Positions 51,890-64,000 of a stretch of DNA of 64,000 nt are shown here, in pieces; within the stretch, counting starts at the first letter, position 1, and each line of letters begins with the position of its first letter. Location: positions 46,252,001 to 46,316,000 of the forward strand of contig NC_043009.1 in the NCBI RefSeq assembly GCF_006345805.1, given 5' to 3'. The notes beneath the pieces are model-generated. The model ran no database searches. It was given only the letters and a program-made list of their open reading frames with translations, and was not told the origin of the DNA. The stretch comes from Octopus sinensis. Taxonomy: Eukaryota. Made by a program: the position numbers and the translations under genes.

Positions 51890-53247
51890 AACTATGCCCG
51901 GAGATAAATCCATCAACAAAATAATAAATCAGACGAATACAGACTTGTTAGCCTTAAGAAGCTACATTAAAAGCAATGTTTCTATCCAGAGAACTTGGAG
52001 ACATAAGCACTTTGAAGTAAGATCTTATATAGACAGTAACAAACTTGCCAACTCCAGAAGAAACATTATGACCAAATCAAACAATCAACAAGGAAAAAAG
52101 GAACGAAATTGCAGCTAAAGAAGATACTACCGAGGAAATAATTATAGACCTGCTCATTTCTGATGAAAATGCAGTAATGATAGAAAGAGTTAATGTAACT
52201 GATAAGCAAAGTGAAATACTCTCTGAACCAACCATAAACACCAAGGCAGATGAAAATCAAATAGATGAAGAAAGTTACACAGAAATTGACTCAACTGAAC
52301 TACATGATCTAAACAATCAAGTTATGATTGAATGGCTGAAAATTAAAGAAACCAGTATGAATGAACGCGACACTCTCAAAAATTCGCAATTCTAACCAAA
52401 ACCTGAAAGTAATTGGTAAAATCCGCCTTGCACTTAAGGATATAATTTCAGCTAATGATATTGATATTACAGATCTCAGCCACCTGTACTATGCATCCAT
52501 GATAATCCCAACGATTCTATGTGGTGAAAAGATTAGAAAGCGACACCATTCTCACAAAAAGCCTACTTGGCAAGAGCATATTCAACACCAAATTCAGCTA
52601 CTTAGCTCTGCCGTACAATGTTTAAAAAATTTGCAGTTTGACAAGTCTATCAAACCAACAAAAATCCGAAAATAAAAGAAAAAAATTATATGAAAACCAT
52701 ACTTGACATCGATACCACTATAGAAACTATCAAGCAAAAGCCATGTGCTAAAGCTTCCCACATAGCACAGTGTGAAAAGTGCGTTAGATTCTTCAAGGAC
52801 ATCAAAATATTCAAAACTAACCCAAAAATGTTTTACAGGGATATGGGGAAAATACCAGTTACAGTAAATCTGTCTAATCAAAAGGAGTACAGGAATTTTG
52901 AAATAAAATTTGGGCAGAACAAAAAACACACAATAAAAAGACCCCTTGAATAGATAGAATACCTGCTGACTAAGACTCCTTAGAAGAGCAAGAGTGGGAG
53001 GGTATCAAGGTAGAGGATGTAAGATCTGCTCTCAAGGAGTCAAGTAAATGGAGGTCTCCAGGAAAGGATAAAATTCCTAACTTCCTGTTGAATGCCTTCC
53101 CAGAGAGTCATGAAGAGCTAACAAAACTTTACAACAATGTTATTACACTATCAGACGAGTAGTCATGATGTGTATAGTGGGCTTCGTATATTTTACCCCA
53201 GTGTCATTTTTATGGCTTGCACTGCTCTCTCACTCAATAATGATAAT
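51890..53247 (+). mobile_element. Internally deleted R4/Dong-like LINE (N-terminal ORF remnant joined to a 3' end)
   Basis: YIDSNKLANSRR, KKPTWQE, FKTNPKMFYR, IKVEDVRSALK..KWRSPGKDKIPNF, then 53149-53235 ending CTCACTC-AATAATGATAAT. Confidence 0.75.
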
Positions 53248-54342
53248 AAAAATAGCTATTTATTTTACAGGAAAGGCTAAGTCGATTACGCTAGTGTTCA
53301 GCTGGTTCTAAAAATACAGTTTATAATACGCTCATTTCTAACTAAAAGACTAGATTCTAGATCACAGAGACAACGTTCGTAGATATACGTAATTGTTTAA
53401 ATGAATTACTGACGCATTCATGTTATAGTATACTACAGAATAAATCTATAGATTTGCGTCACCACTGCGAGTCTATATAAATTAAAGATCAACCAAATAT
53501 ACTATACAGGTGCAACTACTGTCTTTTTTTGACACTCTCGCTGTAAACACAAAGGAAATTTCAACAAGGCTAGTTTCAGTCTCCAGTTCTTTTTAAGCTT
53601 CCATATCTGAGCGAACTTTGAAACCAGTTCACTGGTCTCTCATTTGGTGTACAAGCTGAGATCGTATACATAAAAGACCGTCGTTTATGACAATGCAATA
53701 TAATATGTTTAATTTCAGTTGATTTACAGTGCTGTTCCGTTTCAAATCCATGAGTTTATTTTGCAATTTATCGTAGTATAAGACTACTTGTTTGTATTGA
53801 ATCTGAAAGTAAAAGAAAACAAATCCTATTCACTTGCATTTCTCATGTAATTGTCAACATCGCACTTTACATCATGAATATATCTTTATATATATAAACA
53901 CAATAGATTTTAGCCCAGATTCGCATACAATGCCAAATCCTCATGACAAAAGACATCGTTACTAAGCACCGAGAGCTGGGATTTTCTTCTTAACGCTCCT
54001 CACTAGCAAAGAAATAATTACTATTGAATGTAAATGCTACATTGCACTTTATAATACTGCTATACGCTCATGCAATTTCTTCTCTTTTATGTCTTTCTCA
54101 CCCCGAAGTAAATAAATAAAGAATAATGCATAAATTCCTGTAGTATTTGTCTTGGTTCTGTTCCAATTGAAAATTATACCGCACTGCGGGTTTGAACTTT
54201 GCAGATGGTTTCACGTGACTCAATGTATAAGTCTCTCGTGTCTAAATAAAAACGTTTTTAAGTTGTCTCTAATATCCTCGATATTACTCGATAGAGTAAG
54301 TAAGAGCTTACTAGGATCTTGTCTTAGTCATGATATTACATA

Positions 54343-54404
54343 TCTGAATTAAGTGAAATCATTTATTAAGATTCTGAATTAAGTGAAATCATTTATTAAG
54401 ATTC
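54343..54404. repeat. Exact 30-bp tandem duplication
   Basis: TCTGAATTAAGTGAAATCATTTATTAAGAT occurs twice. Confidence 0.95.
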
Positions 54405-55998
54405 AAATCTAATTCATGCTAGTGTTTATCCAACAACCTACCTTTATTGATAACTTAATTTTTTCCTTTTTCTTTTTGTTACAAAAATAGTGATTTGGAT
54501 CATTGGTATAAAAGATTTGTATCTTTTTTTTTTACTTGTGATTGCTATTCAGCATTTCAAGTTATTTCTTATTCTTAAGAATACACAACCAGAGAATTTT
54601 TTTCAAGACACAATGGTACAAACATACAAAAGATCGTGCAATCTTTTAGCTGTTCTTCAGACTGTTAACTACGTAATAATGGAAGTGAATTTTTTTCCTC
54701 ATGGAATCGAAGCTAGATTACAGACTCTGTTCAGAGAGCGTGTATTTTCGTCCATCTTGTATCTTATCATAAAAGAAACAATTACTACTGAATATAATAA
54801 GGTCAATGAATTTTATGTTTTTATACTACAAACGAACTTTTAAATTAACCATTTGCACAACCGCTACTGCCATTTATATTAATGTAGATTAATGAATTGA
54901 TAAGGAAGTAACAGATAGTTTATTTCATTTGTCTGTTGACCGTATGCAATAAAGGTAAGAAACATTGTAACCGCATTAGAAAAGCGTTGTTGTAAGTTGC
55001 TACTAATGCTTTGCAGCATTTCTCCCGATTCTATACGTCGAGTTCAATTCTTGCATGATGAAATTTGACATTCATCTCTTCAGGCTTGATAAAATAAAAG
55101 TGCTAAGCATTTACTTAAGTCGATGGTATCAACTAGGTCCTCAAAATTGTTGACCTTGAGCTTAAATTACAGTTGTTATTGTTGCTATTGTTGTTGTTAT
55201 TTTAGCCCTTGGCATTCCTGATGGGGTAGACGTAATCAAATGCGATCTAACGGTGGTACTTTCTTATTTTATCTATCTTGTAACGAGTACTATAATGCTT
55301 ATTATGTCTCTACACCTTTCATTAAGACAATAGTGTTGACTGGAGGTCATTTGGCTTCTGTTTCTTGCAGATTCAGCCATCATGAAGAGGCTTACTTGTT
55401 GTTTCAATTGCTCGCTGTAAGTTTAAAAACAAGGTGGAACCATAAATCGTTAAATTTAACTTGTCCATAGATATTCATATGGGCAGAAACAGATTTTGAA
55501 AACATAAGCTAATGTGTCTGGTAAATTGAGGTAATCTGTATATTTCCAGTCTACCGATAACGATTCTTAATTACATTTTGCCACGATTTATTTCTCTTTA
55601 AGGTCTCATTTAAATGAATTCAAACCCAATAGATCTATCATTCTTATTCTCTTATTCTACGATGCTGCATTTCAAATTTAACAGAAAACCGTTAAAAATT
55701 TATTATTTTAACATTAATGTTTAATGATGAAATCCATACTAGAACGTTTATATGTGTGTGTGTGTGGTGGCCGCGTGTATGTGATTCAAATTCTAGCTGA
55801 AAGAAGACTAAAAGAAAATAACTCAAAGATACCAGTAGTATGAATTTTGAGAAGCAAAATCGGGAGTGAACTGAATGCCGTATGCATTATATGCTAAATT
55901 CATTAAATTTTTCTTCTTAGAGGAAGGCAATTATTAGAGTTTTGGCTGAGGAAAGGAGATAACTTTCAAAACATTAAGAATAAATTCAGGATTACATT

Positions 55999-56675
55999 AG
56001 GTGAAAGGCAAAGTTGACCTCAGCAGAATTTGAACTCAGAACATAAATCCAGAAGAAATGCCACTGAGTATTTTTTCCAGTATGTTAACGATTCTTTTCT
56101 ACTCTAAGCACAAGGCCCGAAATGTTTGGGGAGGGGCCATTCGATTAGATCGACCCAAGTACGCAACTGGTACTTAATGTATCGACCCCGAAAGGATGAA
56201 AAGCAAAGTTGACCTCGGGGGAATTTAAACTCAGAACATAAAAACAGAAGAAATACCTATTTCTTTACTACCCTCAAGGGGCTAAACACAGAGAGGACAA
56301 ACAAGGACAGACAAATGGATTAAGTCGATTATATCGACCCCAGTGCGTAACTGGTACTTAGTTAATCGACCCCGAAAGGATGAAAGGTAAAGTCGACCTC
56401 GGCGGAATTTGAACTCAGAACGTAGTGGCAGACGAAATACCGCTAAGCATTTCGCCCGGTGTACTAACGTTTCTGCCAGCTCTCCGCCTTTAGCATGTTA
56501 ACGATTCTGGCAGATCTCTACATAGTGACTATAGAAACAACAACAATCCTTTCTATTACAGGTACATGGCCTCAGATTATGGGGAAGGGTGCTAGTCCAT
56601 TACACCGATCCCAGTGCTTGATTGGTACTTATTTTTTCGACCCCTGACGGATGAAAGGCAAAGTTGACATCGGCG
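55999..56675 (-). mobile_element. Nested cluster of four family B/B-related SINE pieces
   Basis: GAAAGGCAAAGTTGAC-like cores at ~56004, 56198, 56382 and 56653. The intact copy is 56258-56490. Confidence 0.85.
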
Positions 56676-57340
56676 AGTAGTACCTCTGCATATATAGACA
56701 TGTATACAGACACACATGCATGCACAGGTTACATATACGCACACATATATTGAATCTCCCCTTAATATCTTCAAGTATATTTTATGCTGATTCGAACATG
56801 CATCTCTTGATTATTTTAGTCGATTGTTGAATCAATTTACTTGAATTCCCAACCAAAGAACAACTGATACGTTCTATATGGATTGACATATTGAATCGCC
56901 TTCAGCAGTGACATATCTAGCAGTTCTTGTAGCCTGTAGTCTGTCAATGACTAAAAGTCTGACTCGACACCAGCTCAGTGATGAAGCTTTGTAGTTGCTA
57001 GACACTTATGAAGTCAAGGCGACCTTGCAACCAGCAGTGTAACAGCGGCATAGCGCGTCAGCCAGACACTACAACCCAGTAACCCCAGTACCGCCTGCCA
57101 GCCATTTTAACATGTTTTCTGAACAGTCTCTCTTCCACAAAGTCGCATTCATTTAATATATAGTGCCTACATTTTGAAGCAGGGATTCGAAACCGAATCC
57201 CTATATCACTGGTCAGACATCATGACCGCTCAACGTGATCGGTCTATTCTCTCATTGACTGAATCTGTTTTCTACATTTCATACATAATTAGACGCGCAT
57301 ATTATACATTCAAGCATACATAGATACAGACATACAAGCG

Positions 57341-57386
<46 letters not shown>

Positions 57387-57559
57387 CATAGACACAACAA
57401 ACATACGCGCGCGCATATATGTTTAGTCTGATGAAGGTGAGCGAGTCAAAACTTGAAAGTTTTTATCAACATTTTACTTATAATTTAGTGAATATATACT
57501 CTACTAAAAAAGGTATTGAGTAAACCTTCGGTTTAATGTTTAATTTTTACTCATAAACA

Positions 57560-58002
57560 CAGGGTGCGCAAGATATTTGAGGACAGATTTATGTTGATAA
57601 AAAAAAACAGATATATAATAACAGATAATAACCTTATCAAAAATGCCATGAGGATAAAAATAAGCCTTCATTTCTATAATGTTGTTCAATAAAGTCACCT
57701 TCAGCTTCAACAACTGCTTCTATATGAGATCTAAATTATCTACATGCTCAAATCAAGTGGTCCTGGTTTATTCTGGACATTACTCTGACTATGACAGGTT
57801 TCTTTTCTACACTAGACACAAGGCCCGAAATTTTGCGGGGAGGAGGGGACAGTCGATTAGATCAATCCCAGCACACAACTGGTACTTATTTTATCGACCC
57901 CGAAAGGAAGAAAGTAAAGTCGAACTCGGCGGAATTTGAACTCAGAACGTAATGACTATGACAGCTTTCAAAGCATCTTTGGTGTTATGGGCGTGGTCAT
58001 TG

Positions 58003-58038
<36 letters not shown>

Positions 58039-58854
58039 AATCCTCCACATGTAATAGTCAAATGAATTGAGATCTGGGGAATTAGGAGATCAAATGTTAG
58101 GGGTTATGTGATCACGAACATTTTCAGCCATCCATTGGTGTGTTACTAGAGCCATATGTGATAGTGCAGTGTTATACTGAAACACATATGGCATTCCATT
58201 GCATACACTGTCTGTATAGACGGCAGAGTTAACTCTAAGGCCTTGTGGAAAGAAGTTAAGAGGCGTCACATGTCCTTCATTGCTGACAACCCCTAAAACG
58301 ATGATAGTTGCAGGAACTTTTTTATGTATAACACTTGGAAGTTGAGAAGGGTCTGCACATAACCATCTGTCATTTCTTCCGTCAACTTTTTGATCATGGA
58401 TGAAGTTATCATATAAGACTTATATCTGATGTCTTCATGAACAACATTTCTGACTGTTCCTTCTGACACATTGAGATCTTTTGCAATTGACCTCATGGTC
58501 TTTCTGGCATTGTAATCAATGGTCTGTTGAACTTGCTCAATAAATGCAAGTGTTCTGATGGTTTCAGAGGGTTTAGAATGCTTTTTACGCTTTGATACTG
58601 GTGATACGTTTCCATCTTCAGTCTCTAATTCCTTACAAAATTTGCTGACGAAAGGTCTGGCAACTTTAAAAACCTACATAATTCTAAATCACTGTGCCCA
58701 GCCTTTATAACCACAATAACAGTATGCCTCTTCATTTCTTGAGTAAGCTGAAGGTCTGGCATTATTATTTTCTGAAACAAAGATTATACAGAGTTAGCAA
58801 AAAGTGCATCAATGACCTAAAAAAGGTATGTCCTCAAATTTCTTACGCATTCCG
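57560..58854 (-). mobile_element. Decayed Tc1/mariner-superfamily (maT/DD37D-like) transposon with a SINE B insertion (57798-57951)
   Basis: TIRs CAGGGTGCGCAAGATATTTGAGGACA and TGTCCTCAAATTTCTTACGCATTCCG. Remnants SMRSIAKDLNVSEGTVRNVVHEDIRYKSY and SPNSPDLNSFDYYMW. Confidence 0.8.
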
Positions 58855-60108
58855 TATATATATATACACATACATATTATATCTTGACATAAAGCAGACA
58901 TATTTGAATGTATATATGTATGTGTATGGAATTTGTTATTTTAAAGGCAGCACTTAAATTCTGTTTAAGACTTGCGGAAACACTCAGGCCTGCTGCATGA
59001 AAAGCTAACAGTAAAGAGAACGCTGGAACAGTTGATGGTGTAGAAAAAGCAGCGACATTTGGTTGGTATGTGGTCCCTGGGCTTTCGCCACTGAAGAAGT
59101 TGAGTATACTGAAATCACATGTTCTGGTACTTCCAGCACCCATACCAAACGATTCTCATCCGCCATGATATATGCTTGTGTTTTTATGCACCATGCGTCT
59201 ATATGAGAGCACTTCTCAAGGCAAATACAACAGTATTCAGCCTTCTAACAAGGCATCCACATAAAGTCGGATATAAAGATTAACTTAAATGAAGTTAGAA
59301 AAATAGCGTCGAAAGATTAGAGAATTTGCATTACTCTAATGATGGCACGTTTTAAAGGTAATCCTGTTCTGCTGTCGAAACATGCCAAACCTGACTGTCA
59401 GGCGAGATGCTCGCGGCAGTTAACAGAAGAACTATTGCCACAGTGGTTTATGCGTAAAATGGGAGGTAAGAGAGTGGGATAACGAGATAGGAAACGAGCC
59501 GTTTCCAACGGAACACGTTCGTTAATCAGTAAAGGAACATTGGAATTATTGATGCATATGCATGTGAAATTATATACATACACATAGAGATGCACACACA
59601 CACACAGCTAATAGTGAGGGCTTATTAATCCAGACAATATACTTCATAACCCCTCTGTTGGCACATCAAGCTAACAATGTCATTTAGATTATTTAGATGT
59701 GAAGAACGCCAAGTATTCTAATGGCATGGTCCAAGATGATGTTCCGTCACAATTCTATATTGTACATCCGTGGTTAGGATCCAAACAAACTTGTTTTTAC
59801 GCAGACTGAGATATAAAAAAAAAGTTAGAAATAATGGTCATTACATATTTTTCCTTTATTGGAACGACTTTGGCTTACAGCTGTTTCCAGTAGTCATTTA
59901 ATGCTACTTCTGTCAGAGCCATTTCTGGTTATCCAGAAAGTGGCATTAATTTTTTTAGGTCGTTCTATTTTTCTCAACTGATCAATAGAGCGTTTGAGTA
60001 AACTTATCAGTCATATACCTATAATGACGACTGGGAACAGCTGCAAGAAGCCAAATTTGCCCCAGTAAAGGAAAAATATGTAATGATTATTATTTTGAAC
60101 TTGTTTTG

Positions 60109-60168
<60 letters not shown>

Positions 60169-60171
<3 letters not shown>

Positions 60172-60310
60172 CTGCGTGGTAAGAAGTTTGCTTCCTAACC
60201 ACATACTTCTGGACTCAGTTCTACTGCGTGACAATTTGAGCATGTGTCATCTACTATAGCCTCAGTCAGACCAAATATTTGTGAGTGAATTTGGTAAACG
60301 GAAGCCCGTC

Positions 60311-60409
<99 letters not shown>

Positions 60410-60615
60410 TTTTTGTATTTGTTTGCCCTCCACCTACCGCTTGACAACTGGTGTTGGTGTGTTTACGTACCCGCGAGTAGCAGTTCGGTAATAGAGACCG
60501 ATAGAATAAGTACTAGGCTTAAGAAATTAGACCTGGGGTCGATTTGTTTGACTAAAACATTTGTAGGCGGTGCCCCAGCATGGCCCCAGTCAAATGACAG
60601 AAACAAAGTAAAAGA
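60169..60615 (+). mobile_element. SINE family C
   Basis: Aligns to 20562-20962; long internal (TA)n(TG)n. Confidence 0.85.
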
Positions 60616-60868
60616 ATATACATGTCTGCAGAGAAATAGCTAAAATTTGCTCTGTTTATAATCATACCATATGTTACATATTTATTATATCATACCTTGA
60701 TACTGTGTGGACTAAGATCCCCGTTGACAGGCCGCTGGTATTTATAGAGTGTTAAACACTTTCACTATGCAAATTAGGGATTCCTTGATAAACTAACTGC
60801 TGCATTTGTTGAGTATATATACAGATCGGCTGCTTTTTTCTCTCGAGACTTTCAGAATGATGTAGACG

Positions 60869-60912
60869 CAACTGATGAGAACCTAATGAGGTTCGAAAAT
60901 CAATTAAGATTG
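60869..60912 (+). ncRNA. Hammerhead motif with a damaged stem I
   Basis: CAA-CTGATGA-GAACCT-aatg-AGGTTC-GAAA-A-tcaa-TT-A-AGATTG. Confidence 0.6.
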
Positions 60913-61510
60913 TTCATAATTTTTTCAGTCCGCGGAGAAATAACTAAAAATCTCTGTTTAAAATTATACCACATGTTGTATATGTATTTATATATATGTA
61001 TATATATATATAGTAAAGGAATAAAGATAATAGTACTTGATCTCTCCATTAAAGTTCGCGATCGTAGTACTATATCATCAGTTAGTACATTGGTGTGTAT
61101 AAATATAAACTTATGTACCTCTATACGTTAATTAGTTAATGAAGTTATCACTACCAATCTCGTCAGACCTTTCAAATACTGATAAACTGTAAGAAAGTTA
61201 TGTAATGCTATCATCTTCATTCGTTCGTAATTTGTTATCAAACTCTGTGATAATTGCACCAATTTGTTAATTGATAGATTCCCTTGTATTTAGCGTTTGT
61301 ATAGAATATCATCCTGATTAAATGAATAATTTTGCACCTTTGACATTTTGTTTGATTTATCGCTTGGAGTGCTGATGTAGGTATTCACCTGGATTTCCGT
61401 TATCTCTACTTTCTCAGCATTCATAACACTCGACACTCGTCACATGAAACTATTAGTTATTCATAAAAATATATACAGTATTATTTATTAAACAATTTCT
61501 TACCAGATTA

Positions 61511-61913
61511 CTCTTTTTACTCTTTTACTAGTTTCAGTCATTTGACTGCGGCCATGCTGGAGCACCGCCTTTAATCGAGCAACTCGACCCCGGGACTTAT
61601 TCTTTTGTAATCCCAGTACTTATTCTATCGGTCTCTTTTGCCGAACCGCTAAGTAACGGGGACATAAACACACCAGCATCGGTTGTCAAGCAATGCTAGG
61701 GGGATAAACACAGACACACAAACACACACACGCATATATACATATATACGACGGGGTTCTTTTCAGTTTCCGTGTACCAAATCCACTCACAAGGCTTTGG
61801 TCGGCCCGAGGCTATAGTAGAAGACACTTGCCCAAGGTGCCACGCAGTGGGACTGAACCCGGAACCATGTGGCTGGTAAAGAAGCTACTTACCACACAGT
61901 CACTTCTGCGCCT
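61511..61913 (-). mobile_element. SINE family C, full length
   Basis: Reverse complement of 20562-20962. Confidence 0.92.
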
Positions 61914-62360
61914 AGATTGAGTAGTTTTTATGTTGATCTTACTTGCATAGAACAGTATACTCTATATATTGGGGCTATAGTTGAAGACACTTGCCCGAAG
62001 TGCCACGCTGTAGGGCTTAACATAGAACTATGAGGTTACACACTTACACACAGATGTACACATACATACATACACACATGCATACATACATGCATGTGAT
62101 TTGTGCTAATGTAAGAAATCCAATTCTGCTGGCAAGCTGTAAACCTACCACATTATATTTATAATAATAAAAACGAATGAAATTTGTAGAATAACGACAC
62201 GTGTTTCGTACGTTATTATTATTATTTCTTTGCAATTTACTTAATCATTGACATTTTATTGTTATTTTAATTTTAATATTTCTATTATATGTAATTTTCT
62301 AGATGGTGTAATTTAATTGTTCATTTTGAATAGATAAAAGGTCATTTTTTTTTCTAATTT

Positions 62361-62412
<52 letters not shown>

Positions 62413-62494
62413 CTGTTATACTGTTCTCTTTAAGTCACTTAAAGTTAATTATTTTATCACTTTCTCGGGTGTCAATATTCAGTTGTTGTGTTGA

Positions 62495-62700
62495 ACTATT
62501 GTTGATGTTGTTGGTAGTGATGATAATGGCCATGTTGCTGCTAATGAGGATGATGATGGTGATGGTGGGGCAGCTACTATTGATTGTAGTATTACTGATG
62601 ATGACGACGGTGATAGTGGTGATGACGGTGTTGCTGCTGTTGACGATGACGGTAATAAGGGACGCGGAAGATGGGGGGTGGTTCATCGTCATTGTTGCTG
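62495..62700. repeat. Degenerate (TGA/TGT/TGG)n low-complexity tract
   Basis: Read directly. Confidence 0.7.
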
Positions 62701-63545
62701 CCAAGAGGGAAACGTTTGTTGTTTCTCCTTTTTGTTTCAGATCAGCTCCGGTTGAATTGATCCATGATGAAAATCAATCTGGACATAAAAGCCACTTTTT
62801 TTTAAAATTCACACAGAATATAAAACTATATTTCATTATTCAATGTTTCTTTACATCTTCAAGTCTGTAGATAGTAACTTGAAAGACGTTTGACTTCCAT
62901 TTTTCGCAGGCTGAGTGGCAACACAGAGGTTCTTGATGTATCTATATTTCTGATTAAAGACACAGCACTGGACGTGGTGTAGACACGTAAAGCACCACAA
63001 TCCTTCACACTAACAACACGGTTTCCACTTAACTGAGCGCTTAGTCCTTTAGCAAAGGCTAAACGGTAAAAATGTAATATTAGATGTATTTTCCGGCATC
63101 GTGTTGATTAGGCAGGAAGCATTTCAATGAGCAAAATAAATTTACTACAAAGGTTACCTGTAAATGACCCAGACGCACGAACATATAGAAACACTTCCAA
63201 AAACATACATATTCATACAAATACTCAAACAAGCATATATATGTACACGTGACACATATATTTATGGCCCACGCGTGTAATTTTTAAAGCTACCACACCC
63301 TATCGTTAATATTTCAATTTGCAAAGTCAGTCTTACATATAAGAAGAGGTAGACATAATAGACAGACATATAAATATAAATAATTGTGTTCAACTGAGAA
63401 TGTGCATGGGTGTGAGAGAGTATGGGTGTGTGTGTGTGTGTGTGTAATCGTCTTTCAAATACACTAGCCGACACAGCTGCAATATGTATAAATCTATAAA
63501 TATATATGTATAAATATATATATATATATATGTATGTATATATGC

Positions 63546-63577
<32 letters not shown>

Positions 63578-64000
63578 TTTGAGAAAAGAAAATGCAAAAG
63601 TAGGTATATGAGTATAATTGACATATATTAGAATATAAAATGCTCCACTACTAATGCTATACATAAGTAGAGTGTAAATTGATCTCTATTCTCATTTTTA
63701 TTATAACTCCAGTAAATATACTACCTTTCTACCCCTTGTATGGTTTATACCATGTTCTTTATACACATATTTTATCATTTAACTGATTGGAGGCGCATAC
63801 TCAATATACAGGACTTGAATACATAATTGTATATCTTTAGCCAACTCTGACAATATTCGACTTTTAAATGGTTTTAATTTTGGTAATTAATTTCTAAAAC
63901 GTCTGGAATCGAAACAGCTGTCAGAGATGTTGTCTAACTTTTTAATTGATACATATTTTCTCATCTTTAAATATATATAAACCACGGTTTATCTAGTTAC

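Noticed and set aside
57422-57470. CTGATGA-AGGT...ACTT-GAAA next to (TA)n
   Set aside because: Stems I and III are missing; at best a decayed relic.
62435-62870. Hydrophobic 133-aa and 89-aa ORFs
   Set aside because: They are products of a degenerate trinucleotide tract.

Overview
AT-rich, microsatellite-saturated eukaryotic genomic DNA. The SINE families and repeat landscape look like Octopus (inferred from recall of the families, not from a search). There is one credible protein-coding gene: a single-exon 300-aa single-pass membrane protein (28560-29462, minus strand) with a KCNE/MinK-like transmembrane and juxtamembrane signature. The rest is repeats: a ~103-bp hairpin-containing satellite (1-2121), about 25 tRNA-derived SINE copies from 4 families, three decayed Tc1/mariner elements, a near-full-length dead RTE LINE and R4/Dong-like LINE pieces. 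The most striking pattern is a set of sequence-unrelated, ORF-less foldback (inverted-repeat) elements, mostly inside (TA)n tracts. Most carry type I hammerhead ribozyme folds and the inverted/tandem layout of Penelope-like element pseudo-LTRs. They include two complete folds (20107-20192, 26073-26135), a tRNA-headed SINE carrying a minimal hammerhead (2654-3329) and a U3-A8 covariant core (19171-19246). Nearly all other ORFs in the supplied track are microsatellite or repeat artefacts. Coordinates were read by eye and may be off by a few bases.
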